A stretch of DNA of 64,000 nt from positions 868,001 through 932,000 of the forward strand of contig JBHGNT010000004.1 of assembly GCA_043228905.1 (NCBI GenBank). Direction: 5' to 3'. Numbering within the stretch: position 1 is the stretch's first letter; each line of letters opens with the position of its first letter. Below, in pieces: positions 51,391 to 64,000 of the stretch. The DNA is from Azolla caroliniana (lineage: Eukaryota; Plantae; Polypodiophyta). The notes beneath the pieces are model-generated. The model had not been told where the DNA came from. It made no database searches and was given only the letters and a program-made list of their open reading frames with translations. A program made the translations under genes and the position numbers.

Positions 51391-52553
51391 AAATGGGTAG
51401 GAAATTTGAATGTACTAGATGATTGTTGATTCATAAAGCTATACCCAAATGATGAGTGGAGAAAAGGGGTGAATGCATACAATATGTGTAATTTTTGTAT
51501 GTAGCCAATGTAGACTACTAAACATTGTTTGTGGAGTTGTGATTTTGCAATGGAAATATGAAAACAAATCTTAAAACGATTATTGCTTGTATATTCTTGA
51601 GTAGCGTATACAGATAAGTATTATGGGTGGTTGTACAAGGGCAACCAATGTCGTAGGAGCGAGAGGACATTGGATGTTATTCCTATGAGACATGGTTTGA
51701 TGAAAAAAACTTACATATAAATATAAATAAATAGATAAATACATACATATTGTGAAATGCACATAAGAGATCAAAACCAACCTACTTAGCTCCTAACTTC
51801 TTGTTCAATTTATAGTCGATACAAAGGTACCCATTTGGGTTGGCTTAGGTACATGCGTGCTAAAAAGGATGTGCTAAAAGGGTGGGTTGGCTTAGGTACA
51901 TGCATGCTAAAAAGGGTGTGCTAAAAGGGTGGCACAAAGGAACACATGCACACCACATTCCCCCCCTGAGAGAAACAAGGACTTTGATTCCATTAGCATA
52001 AGTTGGGGTAATTTGACCCACATCGTAGTGCTGCTCCTGGCGTTGTTGTGTGACTTGTAGTTTTCGAGAGCTAGCTTGTTGAAGGAGGGGGAGCATCTGT
52101 TGGAGACAGAGCCCCCAAGTGGCAATACCCATGTTGGTTGGAATGGATGTCAATGGATGATTATGGTGGGAGGCGAGGGTCGTGCTCATAGAGTGCTCGA
52201 AAATGGTTGATTTATGTGGCAATCTCCTGCTTGAGGATCTTCTTAAGGTGTTCGGTGAGGCCATTTGTTGGAGGATAGTATGGGGATGTAAACACATGTT
52301 GGACACTTAATTGAGATACAACGGTGTTGAGGACATCCCCGTGGAACTGGCGACCCTACTCAAATAATAGTTGGACGAGGCTAGTGACGGAGAAGGAACT
52401 AACAATTGACAGATGGAGATCAATCGCTCCTGTGGACTGAGGGCCACCTGAACTTGGCTAAGGTGGGGAACAGAGGGGGCTATCGTATAGGGGGGGATTA
52501 GGGGAGCTTGTGGGACAATAAGTTGATAGGCAACGAGATCAATTATAGCGCAA

Positions 52554-52697
52554 CGCTTGAGGAACCAATCGCAACCTAAGGTGAGGAGGATGAGTTGGTG
52601 GGGCAAGACGTAAAAGTGGCGTGAGATTGCCTAAACTTTTATCTCTTGCCCCACCAACTCTTCCCCTCACCTTAGGTTGCGATTGGTTCCTCAAGCG
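52554..52697. repeat. Inverted repeat (about 63-bp arms, 17-nt loop) inside the small LTR element
   Basis: 52554-52617 is the reverse complement of 52635-52697 with about 4 differences. The second arm is flanked by the direct repeat GAGATTGCCTAA. Confidence 0.92.
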
Positions 52698-53150
52698 AGA
52701 TTGCCTAAGGCGACGGTGCAACGGGCTCGCGTGCAAGAGTGGTATAGATGTTGGTGATTGCCAAAAAGGACTTGGATGGAGGGAGGGGTGGATGTCGGGA
52801 GGCCTAATTGGTGAACTAATGCAATGCTAATGGAAGAGATACTACTACTAGAGTCTAACAAGATGGTGTGGGTGGAGTGGTTGATGGTGGCAAGAGCGGT
52901 GCATACTTGCAAATCGGAAGAGGTGGACGCTTGGACTGGGGGGTTGGCTCTTCCATAAGCACCCCAAAGGTCAGTTTCAAGAGTTGATTTGAAGCATAGC
53001 ATTGGAGTGGACTTGCAAGAGCTGCTCCATTTGGAAGTGGGGTGGCCACTCACGAGGTTGTGGGAACTCAAGTTGCATAAGGGTATCGGCTTCAAGGCGA
53101 CGGGAGGGAGTTGGGACACCATGAATGAGGGGTTAGTAGCTAAAATTTTA

Positions 53151-53166
53151 CCCTGCATCTCCACCA
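53151..53166 (-). promoter_or_regulatory. Primer-binding site complementary to the tRNA-Ala 3' end
   Basis: Minus-strand TGGTGGAGATGCAGGG lies 3 nt after the 5' LTR. Plant tRNA-Ala ends ...CCCCGCATCTCCACCA (recalled), giving 1 mismatch. Confidence 0.8.
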
Positions 53167-53338
53167 ATATGTGAAATGCACATAAGTGATCAAAACAACC
53201 TACTTAGAGTCTTATTTCTTGCCCAATTTATAGTCGATACAAAGGTACCCATTTAGGTTGGCTTAGCTACATGCGTGCTAAAAAGGGTGTGCAAAAAAGG
53301 GTGGCACAAAGGAACACATGCACACCACAATACATACA

Positions 53339-53374
<36 letters not shown>

Positions 53375-53404
53375 TATATCAATGAATCCACAAATAGCGA
53401 CAAG

Positions 53405-53766
53405 TAACAATTGGCAACGGTTCGGTTCGGTTCAAGAGGGTCAAAACTGAACCGTTTAAAATTTTTGAAACTTGAACCAAACAGCGAAATTGTTAAACCG
53501 AAACTATTAGGTAAAAATCCAAACCTTTAAACCATTAAACCGTGGTTTCGTGGTTCGGTTTCGATTTTCAACTTAGGTCAAAATTCAAATTTTAAATTTT
53601 CAAAAATTGTAAAGATTTTTCCTAAAATGTGAGAATTAGGCTTTAAAATAAAAAGATTGTCTCAAAAAACAATTTTAAAAAATTAAAAACCATCAAGCCG
53701 TTAAAACCAAGCCGAACCAAACAGTTTAAAAAACTTAAACCTGAACCGAACCATTGCCAATTGTTA
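53405..53766. mobile_element. MITE, probably hAT-derived, 362 bp
   Basis: 24-bp TIRs TAACAATTGGCAACGGTTCGGTTC / GAACCGAACCATTGCCAATTGTTA (1 mismatch). Many internal AACCG/CGGTT motifs. Flanking 8-mers GCGACAAG / GCTACGGG match at 5 of 8 positions. Confidence 0.8.
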
Positions 53767-56700
53767 GCTACGGGTAAAACAAAATATGTCAATTGGTAAG
53801 TAGTATTACAAATTGGTATATTCATTAAGGCCAAGAGCTTGAAGGCATTCCAAAATGTGAGGAAACAACTTGCTTAAATAATTATTGGGATTTAGATGCA
53901 TGCATAATTTTAGAGGTTCTTTGGAAAATGTAAAGGGCAAAACTGAATGGGAGAACTACAACGTTTGGAGTTTCATGCCATTTGGGAGAAAAGGTATATT
54001 TTATAAGCAATTTTGGACAAAGGTAGAGTGGTTTTACTCTACACTGAAACATTTATTTAAGCCAATAGTTAGAACTTAACTTCAGGTAAAAAACAAGGGT
54101 AATTACTTGTATGTATTTGTGTACTTCATGTATAGACTTAGGGCATTTCTTAATACTAATGTCGTATCATTTTCTTTAAGGAAAATTTGTGTTCACCATT
54201 TGGAAAGCCAAGGCCATAACACTTTATGGCATCAAGTCATTAAACCATGGTTTGGTCATGGCTGAAACCAAATGTCACCTATATGTTGTGTGTGGTCTAT
54301 TGTTCTTCCATGTCTTTATGATATAGTTGTAATGTAAATATAGTTTTGTCATAACATCACAAAAAGGTCATAGTGTCTCTTTGGGCGGAGGTGGGCTTTG
54401 TATTACACATAGTACTTTAAATATTTCATATGTATTTTAACATCTCACACGGTTATTGTTATTGTGACACTCTTCGATATGTGTGATGGCCAAGTGGCAA
54501 CCATTAATAGCATGATGGTGCATTGTATATGCATCAAGTGTTTTGTTATTAGACTCATTTTAGCTCAATTCTAGGGTTGTTCGGCACATCCTTGTAAATC
54601 GTTTCTCCATGATGCAAATCTATTTTATTCTTACTCTCCTTTCCGATAATCTAGTTTATTGTTTTGGTGTGTGACAGGTTTGAGTGGAAAAGAGATAGTG
54701 TGAAATGTGTCTACAATAAGCTCACCACTGTGCAGTTGGTGGCAAGATATCCATATTATTTTTAAAACCCAAACTTCTCATGTTGCAAAGTAAATGACTT
54801 AAAGTCTATAAAGGGTGAATTATGAAACAAAATAACCATAAAAGTGGACCAAACTCATAAATTAGGAATTTGTAATATAAGATAACTCGTACTTTTTTTG
54901 TAAATAGGTAAGGTGGTCGTTTCCACTTAAGTCCATATAATGTATGAAATATCCTTTAAATTTGTAGGACTAGGTACACATATTTACATAGAGGTCATTG
55001 TGGCACTAATGAACAATTGTTTCCACAATTATTGAAGCTTTGACGAACTACTCAGTTACATTTTGCTGGACCTCAACGAGCAACCTTGAGAAGAGGATGC
55101 AAATTTCAAAATTCTATTCAAGATTCACAAAGGATTCTCCAATATCAAAGATACCATGATTCTTCTCAATAGTGCATGATACAATTTACCTAGTATATTG
55201 TTATGTTTGTTTTCATGGTAACTTTGACAATTATCTTTGAGAAGTTGAGTTCAGCAAGGTTCACTGCAACTAAGGTGTTTTTATTTCACACGACCATCAT
55301 ATGAGAACTGTCATCTACTGGCAAATAATAGGAACAACTTTATCTTCGCACACAGACACGCACACACACATAATTGGTATTAGAGACCCCAATTACCCCT
55401 AAGAATGACCTTCCTTTGTTTTTTGCATCTTCGCTATAGAAAAAAGATATAAACTACGCATTGTGCTATTTTGTTCGATTCTCTTAATAGTGCTCATTAA
55501 GCTTCCTCATATTTGATCAATTTATTGCATATGGATGATGTACTTGGTACAATAAGTATAACCCCATAAAGTTCAACCACTCACCCATGAAGACCCTTGA
55601 GTTTTTTATTGGTAGATAACTTCCAGAGATACATCCTCCCAAGGCTAGGTTGTATAATACCGTATATCATTTCCTAGTACCAAAAGTTATGCATTGCAAG
55701 TAATTAGAGGAAACATATCATACAAAATAAGTAAAATAACACGTATTTGACTCATTGAAATATCACCGATCCTAATGTGATAATGAGGATTGACGATGTA
55801 ACACAAGAACCTATCATATTTTAAAGCGTTGTCATACTAAATGGTTTTCACTAACACGAACCTAGATGCTCTATTTTATTTAGTCAATTGATCTATGTTT
55901 TTTTGTGCATATAGAATGTAAAAAGTTTGGAAAACACATATTTACTTTTGACATTAGATCCAAACCAAGCACATCTAAATGCTAAATGCAACACAAGTGA
56001 TTGCCTCGCTTTATGTTAAACAATTTATGTGCATTTAAACATGGAGTAATTACAAGAGAAAGCATTCCACTATTTTATGTGCAAAACAACTCTCCCATCA
56101 CATTTTCACGTTTCACAAAATACAAACCACCATCACGGTCATCGGGGAACACCGCCAAGTTCCAATGGTTCCACTAACCATATTACCATTAAAGTTCTTC
56201 TTGATTCGTGCGTTCTGTTGGGAATTGTTTGCAAACAATTACTTCACTTGTGCCTTCTTATCATTGACATTATTTTTTGTTTCTTGATGAGTTTTCAATG
56301 CTAACCAAGCTTTCTTATATGTCGCTTAATCTCAAATCCCTACATCTTGTCGTTGAGTGCATGCAATAGAATAAATATTTTGTTTGAAATATAGTAACGT
56401 ATTGAATGTTTCCAATTTTCTATTGTACGCTCCTCATCATTTTATAAATTTCTTTTGTACATTTATTCATTTATTGAAACATTCTTATGTATGTTGCACA
56501 CAATCCAATTCTATGACAAGCTCAATGTTTTTTACATTCTAACACTAACATGCGAAACAAGGTGTGCTAGAGCACTCACGTTGACTCATTATGGATATTT
56601 TTACTAATATAGTACACTATATTTTATGGCATACCATCAAGAGAATAGGGTGACTAATTTGTGATCGTTGATTAATTAGAAAGGATTTTTTGGGCAAAAT

Positions 56701-59589
56701 ATATCTAAATGTATAATAACAATGTTTCGATCAACTGTTAGAAGTTGGAGTTAGTGCAACACAATGAAGGAATGTTCCACATTTGAGTCCATCAATGTAT
56801 ACAAGTAAAGTTCAAACAAAGTCACAACTTCGTAATTTGGTAGAACTTGGACACTCTAATAGTGATAGATGAATACATTTTTAATGTCTATAGAATACTT
56901 GCCAATATATGTGGCCTATGCGAAAGCCCAACATGACAAAGTTGATAAAATTTGGTAGGTGGGTTCAAATTACCCAAGACAAATGCATGGCATATTGTGT
57001 GAGGAAGAGGAAGAAGTGAAAGGTTAGGCATTAAACCCTATATTTCCATAGGTGATATCTCGTAAGTTGGTGAAATTAGTGCCATTTGGACCTAGAAATA
57101 TGCATTTACTAAAACCATGGCACCTATACATATATCGTGAGTTCGGTTCGAATGTTTTTTGTCCACAACATTCTAAACATACAATCATAGTTTCTGCTAG
57201 CACTTTACTATTAGTATTTGAAGTTGTGGCCTTCCTTAAATAGGCATGTAGTTTCAAATAGGGACCCCCTAGAAATAGGCAAATTGGTGGTCCATACCTA
57301 CAGATGAGCAAATTGTTGATGAATGAGGTGTGTATGACACTTGGTTGCAAGAGAAAAACCAAATCATTGATGAGGTACCACCTATTTAAAAAAGAGCCCA
57401 ATCAATTTTTTGAGAATCTTCATCATAGACATGATCTTGATTAGATGCACTTGAAATGTAGATGCTACGGCTTTGTTATGTGTGTACCAACTTAGTAAAC
57501 AAGGGGAATTAAGGGTACCCTTAGGATTACTAAGGTAAAGGACATGGCGTCATAAAGGAAGAGTGAGGAGTCATTGCACGGGAGAGGGAAATAGACAAAA
57601 CATATCAATAAATGATAGACATCATTATATGATGGAGGAGGACAACGAAATATAGGAATCATTATAACGTTGCATCATTACATGGATATTCAAACAAGAA
57701 AGTTATTACATCAGCTAATGATGTTGTTGGGAAGAACCTCAAGCTCTTGATGATTTCAAAAAATGAAAGGGATAATGTGCTCATTAACAGTGTATGAAAT
57801 AATCTATTAATGTTCAACACAAACATTATGTAGGTTTTGATTGAAGCACATAATTGCCAAACAAAAGATAGAGATCCCATGCGGGTCCAATGCCTTTCGA
57901 GATGTTTTATGATATTTTTTTTTGCATACGAGCAATCCTTTCGAGAGTGATAAAGGAATCGATAGCACACGAAGGGAGGTGAAGAAAACAAATTAATAAG
58001 AAATCATTGCCAGGTATAGGGGAGGAACTATTGTTGTTTGATTCATTAAATGGTCAAAATGATTGCATTTAACATTTGAAAAAGAAAAAAGCAAAGGGAA
58101 AAACTAACTCTCTCATATTGTGGTTACCTTCACGAGAATAACTATGCCCCAAGTAAAAACACAAGATCAATACAGTCATTCCAATCATTTTTCACAGAGA
58201 AGAATAGCTCCAATGCCTAATGGCAATTGGCCGATGGGCAACATCCTCACAATAGATGTGGGTGGGGGAGGGGGGGGGGGGACTCATCAGGATGATGCAA
58301 GCGACAAAGTGAGCATCTAAAGGTTCCATGATTTGACACGGAATAAAAATGAATTGACACAATGTGCGGACACATACTAATGATAATGGACGAACTGGGC
58401 GACAAAATGGACTCGAAGGCGAAGAAAGCGAGGTAACGATAAATCCCCTCCTTGCAAACAGGGGTGATTGTCGACGAGGCCAAAGGCAGAGAGAGGAAGA
58501 AGATCCAGACTCTAGTTCTAGTGGGCTTTCAGAGAGAAAAGCTAAGGAGATGAATGGGGCGGGAATTGTTTGGAGGAGGTTGGGGATAGAGACGGACACG
58601 AAGAAGAAGGCAGGTGAGCCAGAGACAGAGCCAAAGCCAAGGTCCGACCCGAAAGAATGCTCAGAGAGTGCGAGAGTGTTCGTGTTTTGTGTGGTCAGTA
58701 TGAGATCTCAAGTGTGTGTATGTATGTCTTCTTCTTAGTTATGAAGAAAAATGCGTGAGCCTCTTTCTCTCTCTCTCTCCCCCAAATTTGGTGGCCAAAC
58801 TCACTCTAACCAACCGCCAAATTTAGCGGCGGTTTTAGCCAGTCATTTTCACCCCTTCTCTCTGTCTCTGTCTCTCTCCTCTCTCTGTCTCTGTCTCTGC
58901 CTCCCTTCGCTTTATTCTTTCGTATGGGCCGCCATAATCTGCTTCTCTCTGTCTCCATATCTCTGCACCTGCTCTGTGTTTCCTCTGTCCCTGTTCCTCC
59001 CCTCTTGTCAGATTTGTGCACACAATCCTCTGCCTGCCTGCCTGCCTGCCTGAATTCAGTGAGGATGGCATGAAGTAATCCGAGCCATTTAGATTCTACG
59101 CCTTCGAATATAACATCACTCAAGAGGAAGAGAAAGCTATACATATACCTACCTACCTATCTATATTACAGAAATTCTTGAAGCTGAGGATCTGTCAGAT
59201 TAAGATCTCTCTCTCTCTCTCTCTCTCTCGTAGCTCTTATTCATATTACCAAGAGGAGCTAATTTGATAGACATAGAGGTTGATTAATGCGATTGCAACT
59301 ATCCCTATTTGAAAGCTCACTATAGTAGAATCCATGGAAAGCAATGAAAAATGATTTGAATTGCAGAGCAACGTATATATATACAGAGATACACTTTTGA
59401 CAGTCATATTTATTCCATTGGATTTTTCTGGGAAGCGATATGATTTATGTCAAGTCCTTTCCAGAACGATGAGATTGAGGCAAAGAGGAATGTCACCAGA
59501 TTGAAGTCTGCATAAAATCAAGCATTTTTATTATTATACTGCAGTTTGTTTTAATTCAGAAGATTGCTAATAAACAAAGTAGAAAGGAC

Positions 59590-62500
59590 ATGAATCCAGA
59601 CACAGTGTTGGACTATGTAATATTCCAGCTTAGCTCTACAAGAACGAGGTACTATAATCATCCTCATCCCGCCATCTCCATCACCATTTTCTCATCATGT
59701 TATGGAATCTCATCTCATCTAGTTTGGCCCTGTTCTTCCATTCATTAGTTTCTTTTGCTCCTAGTCATTATTCAAATAGCATCGGCTCACAATATGCAGC
59801 AACCATGTCGTTTAGTAAGTGTGGGTTTTTTCTGTGTTTTATGCAACAGGTATGATGTACATGCATATGTTGGGGGTGTGAAGGAGAAGCTGGGGTGTGG
59901 GGGGGTGTCTGTGTCGGCGTTGCACCCTTTCCTGTGCCTATACCTGAGTGTCAGCAGTTCCCACACACATACGGATACGCATACGCAAGGGCGAGGAGTG
60001 GTGAGCAACGATGATGAGGAGGTTGGTTATGGTGGTGCCCCCTCCTGCATTAGGTTGCAACCATTTTCTTCTCCCCAGCAGCAGCAGCAGACGCAACACA
60101 GGAGAATCTCTTGGTTCACAAAAGGCACCATAGATAGGTTGGACTGCAAAACATTCGAGAGATGGTTCGATGCATACCATTATGCATCGAACCATGATAT
60201 TTAATATCAATGGATTCTTTGCTCACAATGATTTCTTATGCGTGTAATCGTTATCACACGAGGAATGGGCTGTGATGAACTTGGCCTTGGCCTTTGTGTC
60301 TGTTATTTATGGTTACAGTGTGGTAATTACAGGTTCATCAGGTTTGTTCGGAACCCCGAAATATTAGAGCGAGTAACCACCATTGAATTTGAGCTGTTGC
60401 AGCTTGAAGAAACATTTATGATGCAGACTCGGGATTCATTCTCTGCTGTGGTATGCAATGCAATGAATACAGTAATATATCTCCCTCAGTGTTTTGATTG
60501 GTTTCCTGAATTGCATGTGAGACCATTCCTGAAGTGCTTGTTTACCTACCCATAACTGCGCATATTGTCTCGTCTTTACATCAGAACTGCATCTTACTTT
60601 TTCTGGCTTAGCTTTAATCTTCTAAATCTTAAAATATATGTATATGTAATCTTAAACTAGTGTGCATGTGTTTTGACTAGACATTCTCATGCTTTTGCAT
60701 TTGCATTTTAGATGCTTTTTCATGTGTTAACTCAATGTACTTGTTACACAGGATACAATTCTTTCTAGTGAGGGTCCATCATCTACAGTATCTTGTATCG
60801 GTATGGATGGTAAATTATTTTTACTTTCTTTCTCATCTCTCATTGATGTGTGATTTAATCATTTGCATATTAATACTATCGAAGAAGTGGGAACTCTGTT
60901 TGTCTTGTTAATGGCATCATATTGTCATTGAAACATTGATATTGTATAAAATAACTGTTTTTAGCAATCCTCTGGACCTCCTCTCATGGATCATTTTCTC
61001 TTTTGTGGGTTGAAAATGATCCAAGGGAGCCTAAATAGTTGTAATGATTGACAATACATTTGTTTATCTCCATGGAGACTTGGAGTTTGTGTTAATACAT
61101 GAATCAAAGCTTGTAGAGAGAATACAGATTTGATACTCCTTCTCAGTGTTCTCTATCTATCTATATGTATTATGCAACTACATTCTAAATATCATATGTT
61201 AAACTTAAAATCAGTGCAAATTAATAGTAGCAGTGTCTTTACAGGTGGGAGAAAATCAGTAACTGGATGTCGCTGGAGCCCTAATCAAGTAACACCATTA
61301 TGTGCTTTTAGTGTACCAGGTTTTCTGAACTCTGTGTTTATGAACTGATTCATTCCTTCTCTCTTTCAGATTGATGATGTTGGTTTGGAACATGAGCATG
61401 CTATTGCAGCATTAAACTCAAAGTATGGTACAATTTGACCTTGAATTCTCTTTTGAAAGAAGAATTTCATTTTGCAGCATGGATTTATTTGTGGGAAGAG
61501 AGTTTTTTCAGAACGTTGCTTTTGCAAGCTTTAGAAGCACGCCGGATGATTCTTCACAAGGAACAAGAAATGGCATTTGCAGGCGCAGAAGCAGCAGGAT
61601 TTGATAATGCACATTTACTTGATTTGATTGAATTCTCTGAATCTTTCCATGTTTCACGCTTGAGGTATTAGAAGATCCTATACATCAATTCTTTTTGTGG
61701 TGATTATTTTCTAACATAGAAGATCAATGAACCTCTTTTTCTTCCAGGGAGGCCTGCATTGAGTTTATGGAATCATATAAGAAGAAACGGAAAAAACTTC
61801 TGGGAGTAGAGGGGATAAATGTAAATTCACAACAGAAATTGAATAGGCCTCATGGAAATAGAACAAATTCTATGATTTCTCTGGAAACATGTTCAGATCG
61901 AAATGATGATGGCCATAATTCAAGCAACATCCAAAACAATGGATGTGATGAATCTTCTTTTTTTTCCGACGGGAGCATCTGCAGTGATGGAAGAACATGC
62001 GCAGGTAATGATAATTCCCCTGGAAGGGAAACAATGAAAATGTCAAGGCAGTGGAATTTGGCTTTCCAGATTGATCATGGTTATGAAAGATTGTCTGAAA
62101 TGAGCATGGTGGAAAACAAACTCTTTGAAGAAGATGCAGAAGATATAAGGCAAGATAATAATCCCCAATTGAGTGTTCGTGACGTGGTTAATCTTTTTGA
62201 AAGCAAATGGCAAAAGAAACTGAGAAATCAAGATGGAAAAATAAGAGACCTAAAATCTTCCAACAGCACACAAAGTTTGCATATGGATGAAGATTCTATT
62301 GCAAGCATGAGAAAAGAGAGAAGTTCCAATGTTTGTGAAATAAGAGCTTCAAATGCAATGGAAAGAGAGGTTATTGAAATCTTGATGCCTGAGTCCATCG
62401 CAAGTATTTCAATTGAACATAGTGGTTTACAGGAGTCATTGAATGTGGCACAACGAGATGAATCTCATCCAGAAGGAGCTAGCATGGATCAATTATCTAA

Positions 62501-64000
62501 TGTTACAGTAGACGGTCTACTTCACTCTACATGCCGAAATAAATCCAACTCGAAAATGAAAACTGTTGGTGTGGAATGCAAAACGGAGGTTAAGGAAGAA
62601 GAATCTAAAGGCTCTTCAATAGGCAGAGGGAAAACCACCAAGGGTGAGCACAATCCACAAACAGATGTTGGTGGGGCCACAGTGCCAAATCATTTCTCTT
62701 CTATCCATCGGGGCAGTGGAACTGAAAAATATAGGGTAAATGTCCATCGGCCGTTACTAGGCAATGGAACTCTGCATCCAACAGGGCTATCTGAAGATCG
62801 TGTGAAAAAGTTTTTGGATAGATACAATGAAAAGAGGGATTCAAAACTCAAAAACTGTACATATTTAAAGAATTCGAAACTTAACCAAATTGCGATTGAA
62901 AGAGAAGAGAAATCAGAGAAGAACCTGAAGTCTGAGATTCCAGAAGGAAAGCAAAGAAGACATAACACACTTTCGCAAGACATAAACGAACTGCAGGATA
63001 AGGTACCATCCTGTTACTTAATGCAATTATGAGATGTTCATCCATGCATGATTGTGCATATCTGAATTAAATGTTTACCTTCTACCGTTTTCTATGATGA
63101 AATGGAAAAGCAATCATTTATATAATTGTATGATAAGTGATGAAAGACTTGAAGATGCACGTGAAATAATGAGTAGGTTTTTGAAACAAGCACACTTGAA
63201 TTTTGTTGCAAAAGTGTATCATGCTTCAGTATTCCATGGAATTTTTATGTGTTTTAAATCATTCTTTTCCACTATGCATGAGAGGTAAAACTAAGTATTA
63301 AAACATATTCTCACTAATAATAGAATGCATGTCCCGCTTTTTCAAAGTTCAAATCAATCAGAGATATATATTTCACTATGTGCTCCCTGCAAGCTAATTT
63401 TAGATTTTATGCATCTTTCGCTTTATAAAATGGGTGGTATATCAGCATTAATTGTTTTGAACCAGGCATGGCTTTATACACACTCGAGAACAATTCCAAT
63501 TGTAACTTTTATGTGTATCCTTATGTTTTTCTCCATTTTCCTTTGAACTTTCCTTTGAGGTATTTTCATTCAGTCTTATCTTTTTTCATTCTTTGCTTTA
63601 TGTGTTTATCTTTGTATAAAGGAGAATTTTAGGTATTCACACCCAGCCAATCAACTGTGTGGAAGCATGAAGAACAGAAATTCTGCAACAGTGTGTAGCA
63701 TATCTTCTTCAAATGGCGGACATGTATATCAAAGAAAAACCAATAAACTGTCACCAAAGTTGCAGAAAAGCACAGACTGCATTAGCAAACCATGTCTTAC
63801 ACAGAAGCAAGGTGTAAAAGGCATACAACCCTCTGACACTTCTACATCCAGAAATCAAAGCAATCAATCGAGTAGCTGTGCACACTCCTTGAATGACACA
63901 AAAAAGAAAAGGAATCCAAATCCATTTTGTGGAAACAGTGGATCTCAACTACATCCTTATACTGATGAAATTTGTGAAATTCAAGAACCATTATGCAATC
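59590..64000 (+). CDS. COP1-interacting protein 7 (CIP7)-like protein, 3'-truncated by the window edge
   Basis: Exons 59590-59648, 59850-60137, 60333-60450, 60752-60809, 61245-61288, 61370-61422, 61512-61664, 61748-63002, 63622 to past 64000 (small exons less certain). Family motifs [106 protein letters not shown]. Confidence 0.88.

Larger units (their letters stand above)
51751..53329 (-). mobile_element. Internally deleted, non-autonomous Gypsy LTR element (about 1.58 kb, TRIM-sized)
   Basis: Two similar LTRs, 53329-53170 (5') and 51957-51751 (3', with an internal duplication), with termini TGTGG...GCATTTCACA. PBS at 53166-53151. PPT CAGGGGGGGAA before the 3' LTR. Internal remnants of protease (ILLDSSSSIS; LTLGCDWF) and integrase (VFTSPYYPPTNGLTEHL; FRALYEHDPRLPP), with no RT or RNase H seen. 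Confidence 0.9.

Noticed and set aside
58364-59144. ORFs 58364-58738, 58192-58599, 58751-59053 and 58806-59144 as protein-coding genes
   Set aside because: Low-complexity GA/CT-driven translations with no recognisable domain.

Overview
Land-plant nuclear DNA: AT-rich, GT-AG introns, microsatellites and nested TEs. A non-seed plant such as a fern is plausible but is inference only. Five host genes could be assembled exon by exon: a 7-exon PRONE-domain RopGEF (+, 13386-16233), a Raf-like group C (STY13/RAF22/28-type) kinase (+, 31499-33414), a small Cys-rich protein of unknown function (-, 37941-39063), a divergent 12-exon Exo70A-type exocyst subunit (-, 42508-49176) and a COP1-interacting protein 7-like gene (+, from 59590 past the window end). 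The first 6.2 kb is an apparent three-layer nest. A young, GC-rich, intact Ty3/Gypsy pol with an unusual FLDD RT motif and its 3' LTR sits in a second LTR, which sits in the RNase H of an older short-LTR Gypsy. An internally deleted, tRNA-Ala-primed 1.6-kb relative of that older family lies at 51751-53329. Decayed fragments of host genes (tRNase Z C-terminus, a PLS-type PPR, one unknown) cluster at 6.3-7.9 kb. Two TE relics each carry a recent near-perfect inverted duplication, and the kinase leader has an AUG-stop minimal uORF. No clear-cut new multi-gene system is evident. The best leads are the FLDD Gypsy lineage, the TE-derived hairpins, the captured-fragment cluster and the AUG-stop uORF.
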